From Maricaulis sp. (GTDB taxonomy: Bacteria; Pseudomonadota; Alphaproteobacteria; Caulobacterales; Maricaulaceae): a stretch of 64,000 bases of DNA. The notes beneath the pieces were generated by a model, which was given only the letters and a program-made list of their open reading frames with translations, made no database searches and had not been told where the DNA came from. The stretch lies in the NCBI RefSeq assembly GCF_048268525.1, contig NZ_JBLWVH010000018.1:9083-73082 (forward strand). The letters run 5' to 3'. Shown piece after piece: positions 1 through 10,057 of the stretch. The translations under genes were made by a program, and so were the position numbers. Each line of letters opens with the position of its first letter. Position 1 is the stretch's first letter.

Positions 1-1
1 G

Positions 2-175
2 GAAGAGCCGATGCGCCGGTTCACGACCCGGATGCGGTCCGCCCGCTTCGAGCCGGCCACGGGCGAGGCGACCCTGTGTGGCGTCTTTGTCGAGACCGAT
101 GACGCGACGGGTCTGGCGCTTCGTTGTGAGCCGATCCGGCTGGGCGGGCAGCTTCCGGAATGCTTCCCGACTTGA
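2..175 (+). CDS. 3' end of an upstream hypothetical gene (truncated by the window edge)
   Basis: Open frame from the window edge to a TGA at 173-175; high GC3 codon pattern; no recognisable motif. Confidence 0.3.
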   Translation, partial: EEPMRRFTTRMRSARFEPATGEATLCGVFVETDDATGLALRCEPIRLGGQLPECFPT

Positions 176-380
176 TGTGACAATTTTGCTGCGACGCAAC
201 ACAAAGCGTGCGGTTCGCCGCTGCAACCGGTTGATCCCCTTCACCGTGTCGCTAGCGTGAATGTCAGTAGTGCTGTGACGGCGTTCACAGTGTTTCGGGC
301 GCAATCAGCGGCAGGCTTGCCGGAGATTGGTCCGCGCGCCCTGTCGAATTCGGTCAGGCGCGATGGAGGGAGGGGGAAAG

Positions 381-650
381 ATGTTCAAGCAAACCATCCG
401 CTTTGAGCGCGCGCAGGATGCTTTGGTATTCGACAATCACATGGTCGAGTTTCTGCGATCCTGTGAAAGCGGAACCGACGAAGACGATGCTTGCCTGTTC
501 ACGACCCACCTTCAGGATGACCGGGCCCATATCCGCGTTGTGCAGACTGACAGCGCGCAGATGTTGGGGCGCTTGTTGAACTATCTCTCAATGCGTAACT
601 TCCCGCCTGCAACGCGTGCCGAACCGCTTCGGGGCGCGATGAGCAATTGA
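381..650 (+). CDS. small hypothetical protein (about 89 aa)
   Basis: ATG at 381 preceded by a strong GGAGG Shine-Dalgarno (GGAGGGAGGGGGAAAG ATG); the ORF track gives a longer 327..650 frame; no family recognised. Confidence 0.45.
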   Translation: MFKQTIRFERAQDALVFDNHMVEFLRSCESGTDEDDACLFTTHLQDDRAHIRVVQTDSAQMLGRLLNYLSMRNFPPATRAEPLRGAMSN

Positions 651-687
651 TCGCCCCGGCAGCCGGGCGGCTGCGGGGAGACTGGAC

Positions 688-1770
688 ATGACAACGCGTA
701 TCCTGCCAGTGATCATGTCGGGTGGATCCGGCACACGTCTCTGGCCCCTGTCCCGCGAGGACATGCCCAAACAGCTGCAGGCGCTGACCTCTGATACCAG
801 CATGCTGGTCGAGACGGCGCGGCGCGTGGCGGGCGAGGGTGATGGCATTGAGTTCCTGCCGCCGCTGGTCATCCTCAATGCCAAGCAGGCCGATACCGCC
901 CGCGCTCAACTGGCGGACAATTCATTTCCTGACGCCCGTTTCGTGGTCGAACCGGTTGGGCGCAACACGGCGGCCGTCGCCGCGGCTGCGGCGGAACTTG
1001 CGGCAGCGACGGATGGCGCCGACCTGGTCCTGCTGCTGCCGGCTGATCACTTCATTCGGGATGTCCCGGCATTCAGGGCCGCCATCGGACAGGGTAGCGC
1101 GCTGGCGCGTGACGGTCGGCTGGTGACGTTCGGCATTGAGCCCGATCAGCCGCATACGGGGTATGGTTATATCCGGCGCGGCGACGCCAGCGGCCCGGGC
1201 TACAACGTGCAGGCCTTCACCGAGAAACCGGACGCGGAGACCGCGGCGGGCTTTCTGCGCGCCGGCGGGTTCTACTGGAATGCCGGCATTTTTCTGTTCG
1301 CACCCGATGCGGTAGCCGCAGAGATGGAGCGGCAATGCCCCGATGTGTTGCTGGCGGTTCGCCGGGCGATCAATGACGGTGTCAGTGACGGGGCACGCTT
1401 CGATCTCGATGCCCAGGCCTTCGCACGCTGCCCGTCGATCTCGTTCGACTATGCCGTGATGGAAGGCACAGATCGCGCCGCTGTTGTCCCGGCGGACATA
1501 GGCTGGTCCGATGTCGGCTCGTTCGATGCGCTCTGGCAGATCCGTGACAAGGACGAGGCCGGCAATGCGGGTACCGGCGATGTCGACTTCCTCGACAGTC
1601 GTCGATGTTTCGGATTCGCGACCGATGCCCGCGTCGTCCTGTGTGGTGTGCGGGACCTTGTCGTGGTCCAGACCGGAGACGCAGTCCTTGTCGCAGACCG
1701 CAATGACAGCCAGGCCATCAAGGCGGTGGTCGAGCAACTCAAGGCCGAAGGCCGTAGCGATTTGCTTTAG
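688..1770 (+). CDS. manC: mannose-1-phosphate guanylyltransferase (nucleotidyltransferase domain only; no C-terminal PMI/cupin domain)
   Basis: N-terminal ILPVIMSGGSGTRLWPLSR sugar-nucleotidyltransferase motif; GYGYI motif; overall ManC/XanB-like. Confidence 0.85.
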   Translation: MTTRILPVIMSGGSGTRLWPLSREDMPKQLQALTSDTSMLVETARRVAGEGDGIEFLPPLVILNAKQADTARAQLADNSFPDARFVVEPVGRNTAAVAAAAAELAAATDGADLVLLLPADHFIRDVPAFRAAIGQGSALARDGRLVTFGIEPDQPHTGYGYIRRGDASGPGYNVQAFTEKPDAETAAGFLRAGGFYWNAGIFLFAPDAVAAEMERQCPDVLLAVRRAINDGVSDGARFDLDAQAFARCPSISFDYAVMEGTDRAAVVPADIGWSDVGSFDALWQIRDKDEAGNAGTGDVDFLDSRRCFGFATDARVVLCGVRDLVVVQTGDAVLVADRNDSQAIKAVVEQLKAEGRSDLL

Positions 1771-1862
1771 TTGACGCGCCCGATGTGGCGCAAGGTGTGG
1801 CGTTTGCCGTCCAATCTGGGTAAGGAAGGCGCCTCGAATCCGCAGGAACAGGGATCCCGATC

Positions 1863-2624
1863 ATGGCCGGACACTCCAAATGGGCCAATATCCAGCACCG
1901 CAAGGGCCGTCAGGACAAGCTGCGTTCAAAGCTGTTCTCCCGCCTCTCCAAGGAAATCTCCATCGCTGCCAAGCTGGGTGGACCGGACGTTGATGCCAAT
2001 CCGCGCCTTCGTCTCGCTGTCTCCAATGCCAAGGGCCAGTCGATGCCCAAGGACAATATCCAGCGCGCGATCGACAAGGCGTCGGGCGGTGATGACGAGT
2101 CCTATGAAGACATCCGCTATGAAGGCTTCGGCCCGGCCGGAACCGGCGTGATCGTCGAGGTCTCGACCGACAACAAGAACCGTGCCGCTGCCGAAGTCCG
2201 CACCGCCTTCGCCAAGAATGGCGGCAATCTGGGCGAGACCGGCTCGGTCGCCTTCATGTTCGATAATGTCGGCGAGATCCGCTATCCGCTCTCCAAGGCC
2301 GACGAAGACACGATGATGGAAGCCGCGATCGAGGCCGGCGCCGAAGACGTTGCTGCCGAGCCGGGCGATGAGGACAATGAAGGCGAACATGTCATCTACA
2401 CCGCCCGCGAGGACCTGATGGAGGTTGTCGGCGCCCTGTCCGCGACCTTCGAAGACCCGTCTTCTGCCAAGCTGATCTGGCGTCCTCAGAACCTGATCGA
2501 GGTGACCGGCGACAAGGTCGGCACGTTGATGAAAATGATGGAAATGCTGGAAGACAGCGACGACGTGCAGAATGTTTACGCCAATTTCGACATTTCAGAC
2601 GAGGATATGGCGAAACTGGACTGA
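1863..2624 (+). CDS. yebC: YebC/PmpR family DNA-binding transcriptional regulator
   Basis: Hallmark N-terminus [19 protein letters not shown]; 253 aa. Confidence 0.95.
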   Translation: MAGHSKWANIQHRKGRQDKLRSKLFSRLSKEISIAAKLGGPDVDANPRLRLAVSNAKGQSMPKDNIQRAIDKASGGDDESYEDIRYEGFGPAGTGVIVEVSTDNKNRAAAEVRTAFAKNGGNLGETGSVAFMFDNVGEIRYPLSKADEDTMMEAAIEAGAEDVAAEPGDEDNEGEHVIYTAREDLMEVVGALSATFEDPSSAKLIWRPQNLIEVTGDKVGTLMKMMEMLEDSDDVQNVYANFDISDEDMAKLD

Positions 2625-2647
2625 TGGGCATCTGACAGGCGGGGCGA

Positions 2648-3808
2648 ATGGCGGACTGGGCGTCGAGACTGCGGGAATGGGGCGTCCACACCGCCCTGCC
2701 ATTCTGGGCAGAGCGCGCCTGGGACAAGCGTTCGGGCGGCTTTCTGGAATCGCTCAGCCTGGATGGCCAGCCGGTTACCGGCGACAGCCGTCGTGTGCGG
2801 ACCCAGGCCCGGCAGATTTACGTTTTCGCGCGGGCCCATCATGCCGGCTGGTGTGACGGGCTGGATCTGGCGGTCGAGGGCTTCGAATTGCTCGAGCGCC
2901 GCGCGCACGCGCCGGATGGAACACCCGGCTGGGTTCATACCCTCACCGCCAGTGGCGACATCGAAAGCCCGGCACGCGACCTCTACGATCACGCCTTCAT
3001 CCTGCTGGCCCTGTCATGGTTGCACCGGGTCACCCATGACAGCCACTATCGCCAGCTCGCCGATGAAATCCTCATCTATCTCGACACCCACCTGACCCGG
3101 CCACAGGGTGGCTATGCCGAGGCGATCGGTGCGGCTCAACTGCCGCGTCGCCAAAACCCGCACATGCACCTCTTCGAAGCATTGCTGGCTTGGTATGATG
3201 CGACTGGAGACGCGGCTTTCCTGACCCGCATCGAGGCCATCTACCAGCTGTTCTCGACCCGTTTCCTCGACCGTGAGGCCGGTGTCCTGTACGAATTTTT
3301 CGACGCTGACTGGCAGGTCACCGCCGATCCGGCCGGCGCGGTTGTCGAACCGGGTCATGAAGTCGAGTGGATCTGGCTGCTCCATGCCTACCGTGACCAT
3401 GGTGCAAGTGTCGACGAGACCATTCTCGATTTCCTGCATGCGCACGGCACCGGGATCGGCCGCAGCCGGGAGACCGGTTGCCTGGTGGCCACGGTCCGGC
3501 CGGATGGCCAGACTCTCGACGCGGGTTCGCGGACCTGGATGCAGACCGAGTGGCTGCGCGCCGCGGCAGCGCGCCATCGCGCCGGCCATGCGTCTGCCGC
3601 TGCCGAACTGGAAACGGTGTGTGATCTGTTGTTCACGCATCATCTGGACCCTGCCATTCCGGGAGGCTGGATCGACCAGATCGACGCTGCGGGCCATCGT
3701 GTCGCTGATCGCATGCCGGCCAGCACCCTCTATCATGTGCTGGGCGCCGTCGTGGATGCCCATCAGGCCGATGCCGGCATCGTGGAAAGCGCCGCGAAAG
3801 TCTTGTGA
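2648..3808 (+). CDS. AGE-family (N-acylglucosamine 2-epimerase / mannose-6-P isomerase-like) sugar epimerase
   Basis: alpha/alpha-toroid AGE-like motifs (YDHAFILLALSWL, EPGHEVEWIWLL); 386 aa. Confidence 0.7.
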   Translation: MADWASRLREWGVHTALPFWAERAWDKRSGGFLESLSLDGQPVTGDSRRVRTQARQIYVFARAHHAGWCDGLDLAVEGFELLERRAHAPDGTPGWVHTLTASGDIESPARDLYDHAFILLALSWLHRVTHDSHYRQLADEILIYLDTHLTRPQGGYAEAIGAAQLPRRQNPHMHLFEALLAWYDATGDAAFLTRIEAIYQLFSTRFLDREAGVLYEFFDADWQVTADPAGAVVEPGHEVEWIWLLHAYRDHGASVDETILDFLHAHGTGIGRSRETGCLVATVRPDGQTLDAGSRTWMQTEWLRAAAARHRAGHASAAAELETVCDLLFTHHLDPAIPGGWIDQIDAAGHRVADRMPASTLYHVLGAVVDAHQADAGIVESAAKVL

Positions 3809-3829
3809 AGCCGGGTAGCTGCCAATAGG

Positions 3830-5416
3830 TTGTCACTTTCTATTGAGAGTGCAGGAAGCCCCGTGTCCGATACCGAATTGAACGCTCATGCCGTCCGTCT
3901 GTCCGGCACCTCCCTTCGCACGCTGGTCGAAGCCGGGGGTGGTCGCTCCGAGGCGCTGATCCTTAAAGCTGCCGGCCTCGAGTTTGACGCCACCAAACAG
4001 CGTCTGGACGAGGCCGCGCTTGAAGCTCTCTTCGCCCGCGCTCGCGCGAGCGGGCTTGAAAGCAAGCGTGATGCGTTGCTTTCGGGTAAAATTGTGAACG
4101 CTACCGAAAACCGTCCGGCGCTCCATATGGCGTACCGGGAAGGCGGAGATTTGTCCGGTAGCGAAGCGGCCGCGGTGGTAAGCCGGACGCAGGCCGAGAC
4201 CCGTGAGTTCGCAAAACGGGTCCGGTCCGGCGATTACGCGCCCTCGGGCGTGCCGATCTCACGGGTGGTCAATATCGGCATTGGCGGCTCGGACCTCGGC
4301 CCGCGTCTGGTCGCCGATGCATTGGCCGATCACGCCGAAAGCGGCCCGGAGCTGCGATTTGTCGCCAGTCTTGACCCGAGCGATCTGAAACACGCGGTGG
4401 CCGGCGCGGATCCGGCAGCCATCCTTTTCATTGTGGCTTCGAAATCCTTTTCGACCCAGGAAACCCTGATGTCCGGCGAAGCGGCGCGTGACTGGCTGGC
4501 GGGCCATGTCGGCGCCGCGCGCGCAGGCGCCCATTTTGCGGCGGCCTCGGCGGCTCCGGAAAAGGCGAAGCCCTTCGGCATTGATCCGTCGATGGTGTTT
4601 GACTTTCCCGACTGGGTCGGCGGTCGCTACTCGGTCTGGAGTGCGGTCGGTCTGGCGCTCGAGATTGGCATGGGTCCGTCAGTATTCCAGGCGTTCCGCG
4701 ATGGTGCGCGGGAGATGGACAGACACTTTGCCTCGGCGCCGCTCGAACGCAACATGCCGGTTCTCAAGGGACTGGTCGATGTCTGGAACCGGATCGGGAT
4801 GGGCTATCCTGCACGGTGCGTTGCCGCTTATTCGGCCCGGCTCGGCAAGCTGGCAGACTATTTCCAGCAGCTGGAGATGGAATCACTCGGCAAGTCCGTG
4901 ACCGTGGACGGTCAGCCCGGACCGACGCCCGGCGGGGCGCTGGTCTGGGGCGGCAATGGCACCGAGATCCAGCACTCCTTTTTCCAATGGCTGCATCAGG
5001 GCGGTGATGTTGTGCCGGTGGATTTCATCGGTGTGGCCCGTCACTTCTCCAGTTCTGATCCGCGGGAGCGGGCGCTCGCTGCCAACATGGCCGCACAGGG
5101 TGCCGCACTGCTGGATGGACGCAAGGTCGATGCGACAAGCGAGCCCGAGCTGGCCCGTCACAAGTCGATGCCTGGCAACCGCCCCTCGGCGAGCCTGCTC
5201 ATGGATGATCTGACCCCGGCAGTGTTCGGCGCGCTCATCGCCTTGCATGAACACAAGGTTTTTGTCGAAAGCGTCCTGTACGACATCAATCCGTTCGACC
5301 AATGGGGTGTCGAGCTGGGCAAAGTGCTGACGAAGGGGATTTTGGACGGCGATATATCCAGCTATGACGCCTCCACAAAAGCCTTGCTTGCAAGGACAGG
5401 CCTGATATCCGGCTAG
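3830..5416 (+). CDS. pgi: glucose-6-phosphate isomerase
   Basis: PGI motifs (IGIGGSDLGP, FFQWLHQGG, SFDQWGVELGK); the start may be the GTG at about 3863. Confidence 0.93.
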   Translation: MSLSIESAGSPVSDTELNAHAVRLSGTSLRTLVEAGGGRSEALILKAAGLEFDATKQRLDEAALEALFARARASGLESKRDALLSGKIVNATENRPALHMAYREGGDLSGSEAAAVVSRTQAETREFAKRVRSGDYAPSGVPISRVVNIGIGGSDLGPRLVADALADHAESGPELRFVASLDPSDLKHAVAGADPAAILFIVASKSFSTQETLMSGEAARDWLAGHVGAARAGAHFAAASAAPEKAKPFGIDPSMVFDFPDWVGGRYSVWSAVGLALEIGMGPSVFQAFRDGAREMDRHFASAPLERNMPVLKGLVDVWNRIGMGYPARCVAAYSARLGKLADYFQQLEMESLGKSVTVDGQPGPTPGGALVWGGNGTEIQHSFFQWLHQGGDVVPVDFIGVARHFSSSDPRERALAANMAAQGAALLDGRKVDATSEPELARHKSMPGNRPSASLLMDDLTPAVFGALIALHEHKVFVESVLYDINPFDQWGVELGKVLTKGILDGDISSYDASTKALLARTGLISG

Positions 5417-5443
5417 CCACCGGCCCGGCGCAGGAGACGCTTC

Positions 5444-7426
5444 ATGACCACGCCTTCAAACCCAGTTTCGATGTCCGACATGGCCAATGCCATCCGGGCG
5501 CTGTCGATGGACGCGGTCCAGCAAGCCAATTCAGGCCATCCCGGCATGCCGATGGGCATGGCCGACGTTGCCACCGTGTTGTGGTCGAAGCACATGAAAT
5601 TCGACCCGGCCGCGCCGGCCTGGGCGGATCGTGACCGCTTCATCCTGTCGGCCGGTCATGGCTCCATGCTGCTCTATTCGATCCTGCACCTTGCCGGGTT
5701 CGAGGACATCAGCATGGATGAGCTGAAAAACTTCCGCCAGCTCGACAGCCTGACCGCGGGCCACCCGGAATACGGTCACACGCCGGGTGTGGAAGCGACA
5801 ACCGGGCCGCTGGGGCAGGGTATCTCGATGTCGGTCGGAATGGCGTTGGCCGAGCGCATGATGAATGCGCGTTATGGGGATGATCTCGTCGATCACCGGA
5901 CCTGGGTCATCGCCTCGGATGGTGACCTGCAGGAAGGCATTTCCCACGAAGCGATATCGCTGGCCGGGCATCTCGGTCTGAACCGGTTGTGTGTCCTTTG
6001 GGACGACAATGAAATCTCCATCGACGGACCGACCGACCTGTCCGAGAGCACAGACGTGCTCGAGCGATTTGATGCTGCCGGTTGGGCGGTGTCGCGTATT
6101 GACGGGCATGACCCGGCTGCCATCGACGCCGCCCTGCAGGCGGCCCGCTCATCGGACAAGCCGGTCCTGATCGCCTGTCGGACCACGATCGGCTATGGCG
6201 CACCGACCAAAGCCGGGACGGCTGGCAGTCATGGCGCGCCGCTTGGCGCCGAAGAGATCGCCGGCACGCGTGCGGCGCTCGGCTGGACCGCTGCGCCATT
6301 CGAGATCCCGGCGGAGATTGTGGATGCATGGCGGGCGACCGGTTCGGCCGATGCCCACCAGGCTTGGCAGGAACGGTTGGCCGGGTCGGATCGGGCCGAC
6401 GACTTCGTGGCCCAGATTTCCGGTGAGCCGGGTGAGACCGAGATCGCAGCGCTCGACGCCTGGCGCCGTAAAGTCGCCGCCGACAAGCCGGTTCTGGCCA
6501 CGCGTGCAGCGTCAGGCCAGACCCTTGCCGCGATCATCGGCGACTGGCCCAGCCTGGCGGGTGGATCGGCGGACCTTGCCGGGTCCAACCTCACCAAGAC
6601 ACCCGATGTCGGTATCGTGAAAGCCGGCGACTATGCCGGCCAGTACATCCATTTCGGTGTGCGAGAGCATGGCATGGCCGCGTGTGCCAATGGCATGTCC
6701 CTGCACGGCGGTTTCCGGCCACATGTCGCGACCTTCCTGGTCTTCGCCGACTATTGCCGCCCGTCGATGCGCCTGTCATCCCTGATGCACCAGCCCGTAG
6801 TCTACGTCATGACCCATGATTCGATCGGGTTGGGTGAAGACGGACCGACCCACCAGCCGGTTGAAACCCTGGCGTCGCTTCGGGCCATCCCGAACATGCA
6901 TGTCTTCCGTCCGGCCGATGCACTGGAAACCGCCGAGGCCTGGGATCTGGCCCTTCGCCGGATTGACGGACCGTCCGTGCTCGCGCTGTCCCGTCAGAAA
7001 CTGCCATTCCTGCGTTCTGATGATGGCACGGAAAATCTGTCCTCCCGCGGCGCCTATATCCTGTCAGACGATGCCGGCACGCCGGACGTTGTCCTGGTCG
7101 GTACCGGCTCGGAAGTCTGCCTGGCAGTCGAGGCTGCCGGGATATTGCGGGGCAATGGACGCAAGGTCCGTGTGGTCTCCGCTCCCTGCCTCGACCTGTT
7201 GCTGGATCAGGGTGAAGCTTATCTCGATGAGATCTTCCCCGCCGATATACCGGTGGTCGCCTGTGAGGCGGCGCTGCGCTTTGGTTGGGACCAGGTGATT
7301 GGTCGCAAGGGCAGGTTCGTTGGCATGACCGGCTTCGGGGCGAGCGCCCCGGCCGACGACCTCTACGCACATTTCGGGATAACGGCGACGGCGATCGTCG
7401 AGCAGGCCGAGGCCAGCCTGGCCTGA
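5444..7426 (+). CDS. tkt: transketolase
   Basis: TPP-binding motifs (GHPGMPMGMAD, GDGDLQEGISHEA); 660 aa. Confidence 0.96.
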   Translation: MTTPSNPVSMSDMANAIRALSMDAVQQANSGHPGMPMGMADVATVLWSKHMKFDPAAPAWADRDRFILSAGHGSMLLYSILHLAGFEDISMDELKNFRQLDSLTAGHPEYGHTPGVEATTGPLGQGISMSVGMALAERMMNARYGDDLVDHRTWVIASDGDLQEGISHEAISLAGHLGLNRLCVLWDDNEISIDGPTDLSESTDVLERFDAAGWAVSRIDGHDPAAIDAALQAARSSDKPVLIACRTTIGYGAPTKAGTAGSHGAPLGAEEIAGTRAALGWTAAPFEIPAEIVDAWRATGSADAHQAWQERLAGSDRADDFVAQISGEPGETEIAALDAWRRKVAADKPVLATRAASGQTLAAIIGDWPSLAGGSADLAGSNLTKTPDVGIVKAGDYAGQYIHFGVREHGMAACANGMSLHGGFRPHVATFLVFADYCRPSMRLSSLMHQPVVYVMTHDSIGLGEDGPTHQPVETLASLRAIPNMHVFRPADALETAEAWDLALRRIDGPSVLALSRQKLPFLRSDDGTENLSSRGAYILSDDAGTPDVVLVGTGSEVCLAVEAAGILRGNGRKVRVVSAPCLDLLLDQGEAYLDEIFPADIPVVACEAALRFGWDQVIGRKGRFVGMTGFGASAPADDLYAHFGITATAIVEQAEASLA

Positions 7427-7448
7427 ACCGGCCTTGGCGGCGATGCGG

Positions 7449-8597
7449 TCAGTCGCTGACAGCGAGGCCTGTCGTGCGCGGCGATTGCAGGGCTGCCTGA
7501 ATCGCTGACTGCGGAAGCCGGGCGATATAGCTGCAGTCAGACGATCCGAACCAGAGGTCCTGATCCCCGGCGAGGACCATGTTCGACACATGGCAGATCC
7601 GCTGTTCCGGGTCATGGAAGGACGCAATGATCGCGCCGGACTGTTCGTCGAGCACGGCTATGAACGGATGTGGTGCGCCGCCATCCGGGCGAAGCCAGGC
7701 GGGCAGGCGGGCAGTGATCCGGGCCAACCACGGGTTTCTCCGGATCATGCGCAGGGTCGCGCTGCGCCCGGCGGGCATGGCAACAAACAAATGTCCTGAA
7801 CTGTCGATCGCCAAACCGTCAGGCAAGCCAGGCAGATTGCTGGCAAAGACCTCTGTTTCACCGCTCCGTGGGCCGTCGATCCAGTGGCGCAATATACGAT
7901 AACGGAAAGTTTCGGAAACATAGACCGACTGTCCGTCCGACGCGACCGTGACCCCGTTGGGGAAATAGAGCCTGTCTGCCGCGAGCCGGGTCTGGTGGGT
8001 ACGTGGGTCCCAGACATACAGCGCGCCGTGCGGACGGTTTTCGAACATGTCGAGCACATGCCCGCGATCAGGCCTGCCGTCGCCAAGGAGGACGGAGGGG
8101 TCCGTGAAGAATATTTCGCCCCGGCTGGTTATGGCGAGATCATTGGCATATCCGAATGGGTGGCCCGGTACGCCGACACTCACACGGGTCGATGCGCCGG
8201 TGGTTACATTGACTGCGAAAAGCCCATCCTGGGTGGTCGCGCCGAGCGTGTTGGAATTGATCCAGGCCAGGTCGAACACGGGCTGTTCACCGAAATCGAT
8301 GACCACCTCGGAAGACGGGGTCGCGCCAGCCGTATCTATCCGCACGACTTCGCCAACGGTGTTGCCGTAATAGACGGTGCCTGCCTCGCCCAGCGCGAGG
8401 GAACGCGCCGAACCCGGATCGCCCAATTCGAAAAACTGGGCTGACTGCAAGCCCGAATTGGGAGCGAGCACGCCGGTCATGGCGGGCGGATCCGGTTCAT
8501 CCCAGTAGACCGGGTTGATGGGGGAAGGCCACATCAGCCACAGGACAGCGAAGACCGCTGCAAGACTGATTGTGATCACTCCAATACGCAATCGCAT
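7449..8597 (-). CDS. SMP-30/gluconolactonase/strictosidine-synthase-like beta-propeller protein with an N-terminal membrane anchor
   Basis: N-terminal hydrophobic helix followed by SGL-like repeats (LAIDSSGHLFVA, FPNGVTVASDG). Confidence 0.7.
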   Translation of the reverse strand: MRLRIGVITISLAAVFAVLWLMWPSPINPVYWDEPDPPAMTGVLAPNSGLQSAQFFELGDPGSARSLALGEAGTVYYGNTVGEVVRIDTAGATPSSEVVIDFGEQPVFDLAWINSNTLGATTQDGLFAVNVTTGASTRVSVGVPGHPFGYANDLAITSRGEIFFTDPSVLLGDGRPDRGHVLDMFENRPHGALYVWDPRTHQTRLAADRLYFPNGVTVASDGQSVYVSETFRYRILRHWIDGPRSGETEVFASNLPGLPDGLAIDSSGHLFVAMPAGRSATLRMIRRNPWLARITARLPAWLRPDGGAPHPFIAVLDEQSGAIIASFHDPEQRICHVSNMVLAGDQDLWFGSSDCSYIARLPQSAIQAALQSPRTTGLAVSD

Positions 8598-8729
8598 GCC
8601 GGCCCGCCGGTGAAGCTGCGGCCTGGGACGTCAGGCCGCTTCAAAGGGGCGCATGTACGGTTTTAACCATCCTGCAGACAAGGCAGGCGCGGGTTGTGAA
8701 TTATAACCAGACGAGAATACCGGCCATGA

Positions 8730-9914
8730 TCAAACGGGTACGACCAGTCCGAACGCGTGGAGTTTGCCCAGCGTTTCAATCGCTGCAGCCTCATCCTGAC
8801 CGACAAAACTCGCGGCGGTCACCGTGCCGCCATCGAGGAGGGTGTGGAGCCCAGCCTCGGCCTCGGCGGCGAACCGGACCTCGCCGCCTGCGGTGATGAT
8901 GACGTTCTCTTTGTCATCGCCGGCAAAGCGCCATGGCACGAATGGTCGGAGCCGGAAGGCCTGCCCCGGCGTCGCCGGGGCCAGGTAGTTGCTGATCGCG
9001 CCACGGGTATTGGGCACGCGGGAGCGAATAAAGCTGTCGACAAAGAAGTCCATCGCCCCGTCGACGCTCATCTCGCGGGCCAGCATTTCAGCCATGGCCT
9101 TGAACTGTGCCTCGGCATCCGTCCGGTCGAAATCAGGCCGGGCAAAGCCGGGCGGAAGCGAGTGCCGCATGGCCGGTGTACGCAAGGCGACTTCTGAAAC
9201 GGCTTCGAGCATCAGGTCGGCCCAGGTCTTTACGATCAGGCCGAGCGTGATGTGGAGCGAGGCTGTGTCGCCATGGGTTCGCGCGTCGTGCATCAGGCCA
9301 CGCGGCACATAGATGCATTCGCCGGCTTTGAGGACAAACTCGGCAACGGTCTCGCCGGCTTCGTGGGCGTCTGGTCTGAAACCCTCTCCCCGGTAGGGGT
9401 TTTCGACCGGGGTTTCGTAGAAGCGCCACAGCTTCTCGCCTTCGATCTGCATGACGAACACATCGTGATCGTCATAGTGGGTATTGAACCCCTGATTGTC
9501 CGGCGGCGTGAGATAGATGTTGGTCTGAACGTGGCAGCTCAGCAGCGACTCGACCGCGCGGCAGAACTCGCCCAGTACGGCATCCATCATGTGGAGTTGC
9601 GGCAGGATGATGGTCGCGCCCTGTCGGTATTGGTTGGCGACGCCACCACGGTCCACATAGCCGGTATCGAACATATAGTCTTCGCGTTGCACCTGGGGCT
9701 CGGACCGCGCCATGTCCAGTGTGCCCTCACGCAGGTCTATGCTGGAGACAATGTCGTCGATGCGGGCGATCGACAGCAAGCCTGCATACCGGCCGGGGTC
9801 TTCCCGATGCACGATCAGCGGCTTTTTCTCATGGTAGTCACGGAAAAAGGTTTCGCGATCAATCGGATCGATCATCGCGCGAAACGGATCGGTCAGCCAG
9901 AGCGGTGCGGTCAT
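8730..9914 (-). CDS. JmjC/cupin-4 Fe(II)/2-oxoglutarate-dependent oxygenase, YcfD/RoxA-like (ribosomal-protein arginine hydroxylase family)
   Basis: HYDDHD (HxD) and a later H in GLMHDARTHG form a 2-His-1-carboxylate triad; FVMQIEGEKLWR resembles the YcfD FllQgsGrRrWr motif; C-terminal winged-helix-like region; 394 aa. Confidence 0.75.
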   Translation of the reverse strand: MTAPLWLTDPFRAMIDPIDRETFFRDYHEKKPLIVHREDPGRYAGLLSIARIDDIVSSIDLREGTLDMARSEPQVQREDYMFDTGYVDRGGVANQYRQGATIILPQLHMMDAVLGEFCRAVESLLSCHVQTNIYLTPPDNQGFNTHYDDHDVFVMQIEGEKLWRFYETPVENPYRGEGFRPDAHEAGETVAEFVLKAGECIYVPRGLMHDARTHGDTASLHITLGLIVKTWADLMLEAVSEVALRTPAMRHSLPPGFARPDFDRTDAEAQFKAMAEMLAREMSVDGAMDFFVDSFIRSRVPNTRGAISNYLAPATPGQAFRLRPFVPWRFAGDDKENVIITAGGEVRFAAEAEAGLHTLLDGGTVTAASFVGQDEAAAIETLGKLHAFGLVVPV

Positions 9915-10006
9915 AGTGAAGGTCTCCCCCGAGTGTTCGAAAAAATGTTAGCGGCGCCCGGTACGCTTGTCGCCTGCCTGGGTGTGCACAATTGTGTCGC
10001 AGGCAT

Positions 10007-10036
10007 GAAAAACCCCTCGCGCCGGAGCGGGAGGGG
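10007..10036 (-). terminator. rho-independent terminator downstream of repeat-protein gene 1
   Basis: GC-rich imperfect hairpin (cccctcgcgccggagcgggagggg) flanked by an A-run on the + strand, which is a T-run on the - strand. Confidence 0.6.
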
Positions 10037-10057
10037 TTGTTCATCGGCGCGTCGCTT

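Noticed and set aside
78-260. 60-aa ORF at the window start
   Set aside because: It overlaps the better-supported terminal fragment in another frame; Arg-rich shadow ORF.
922-1737. Long antisense ORFs opposite real genes (e.g. 922-1737, 3014-3763, 14840-15649, 16713-17558, 22879-24066, 37901-39403, 40479-41507, 60404-61612)
   Set aside because: Typical high-GC shadow ORFs; the opposite strand encodes clearly recognisable conserved proteins; their translations are Arg/Pro/Gly-rich with no motifs.
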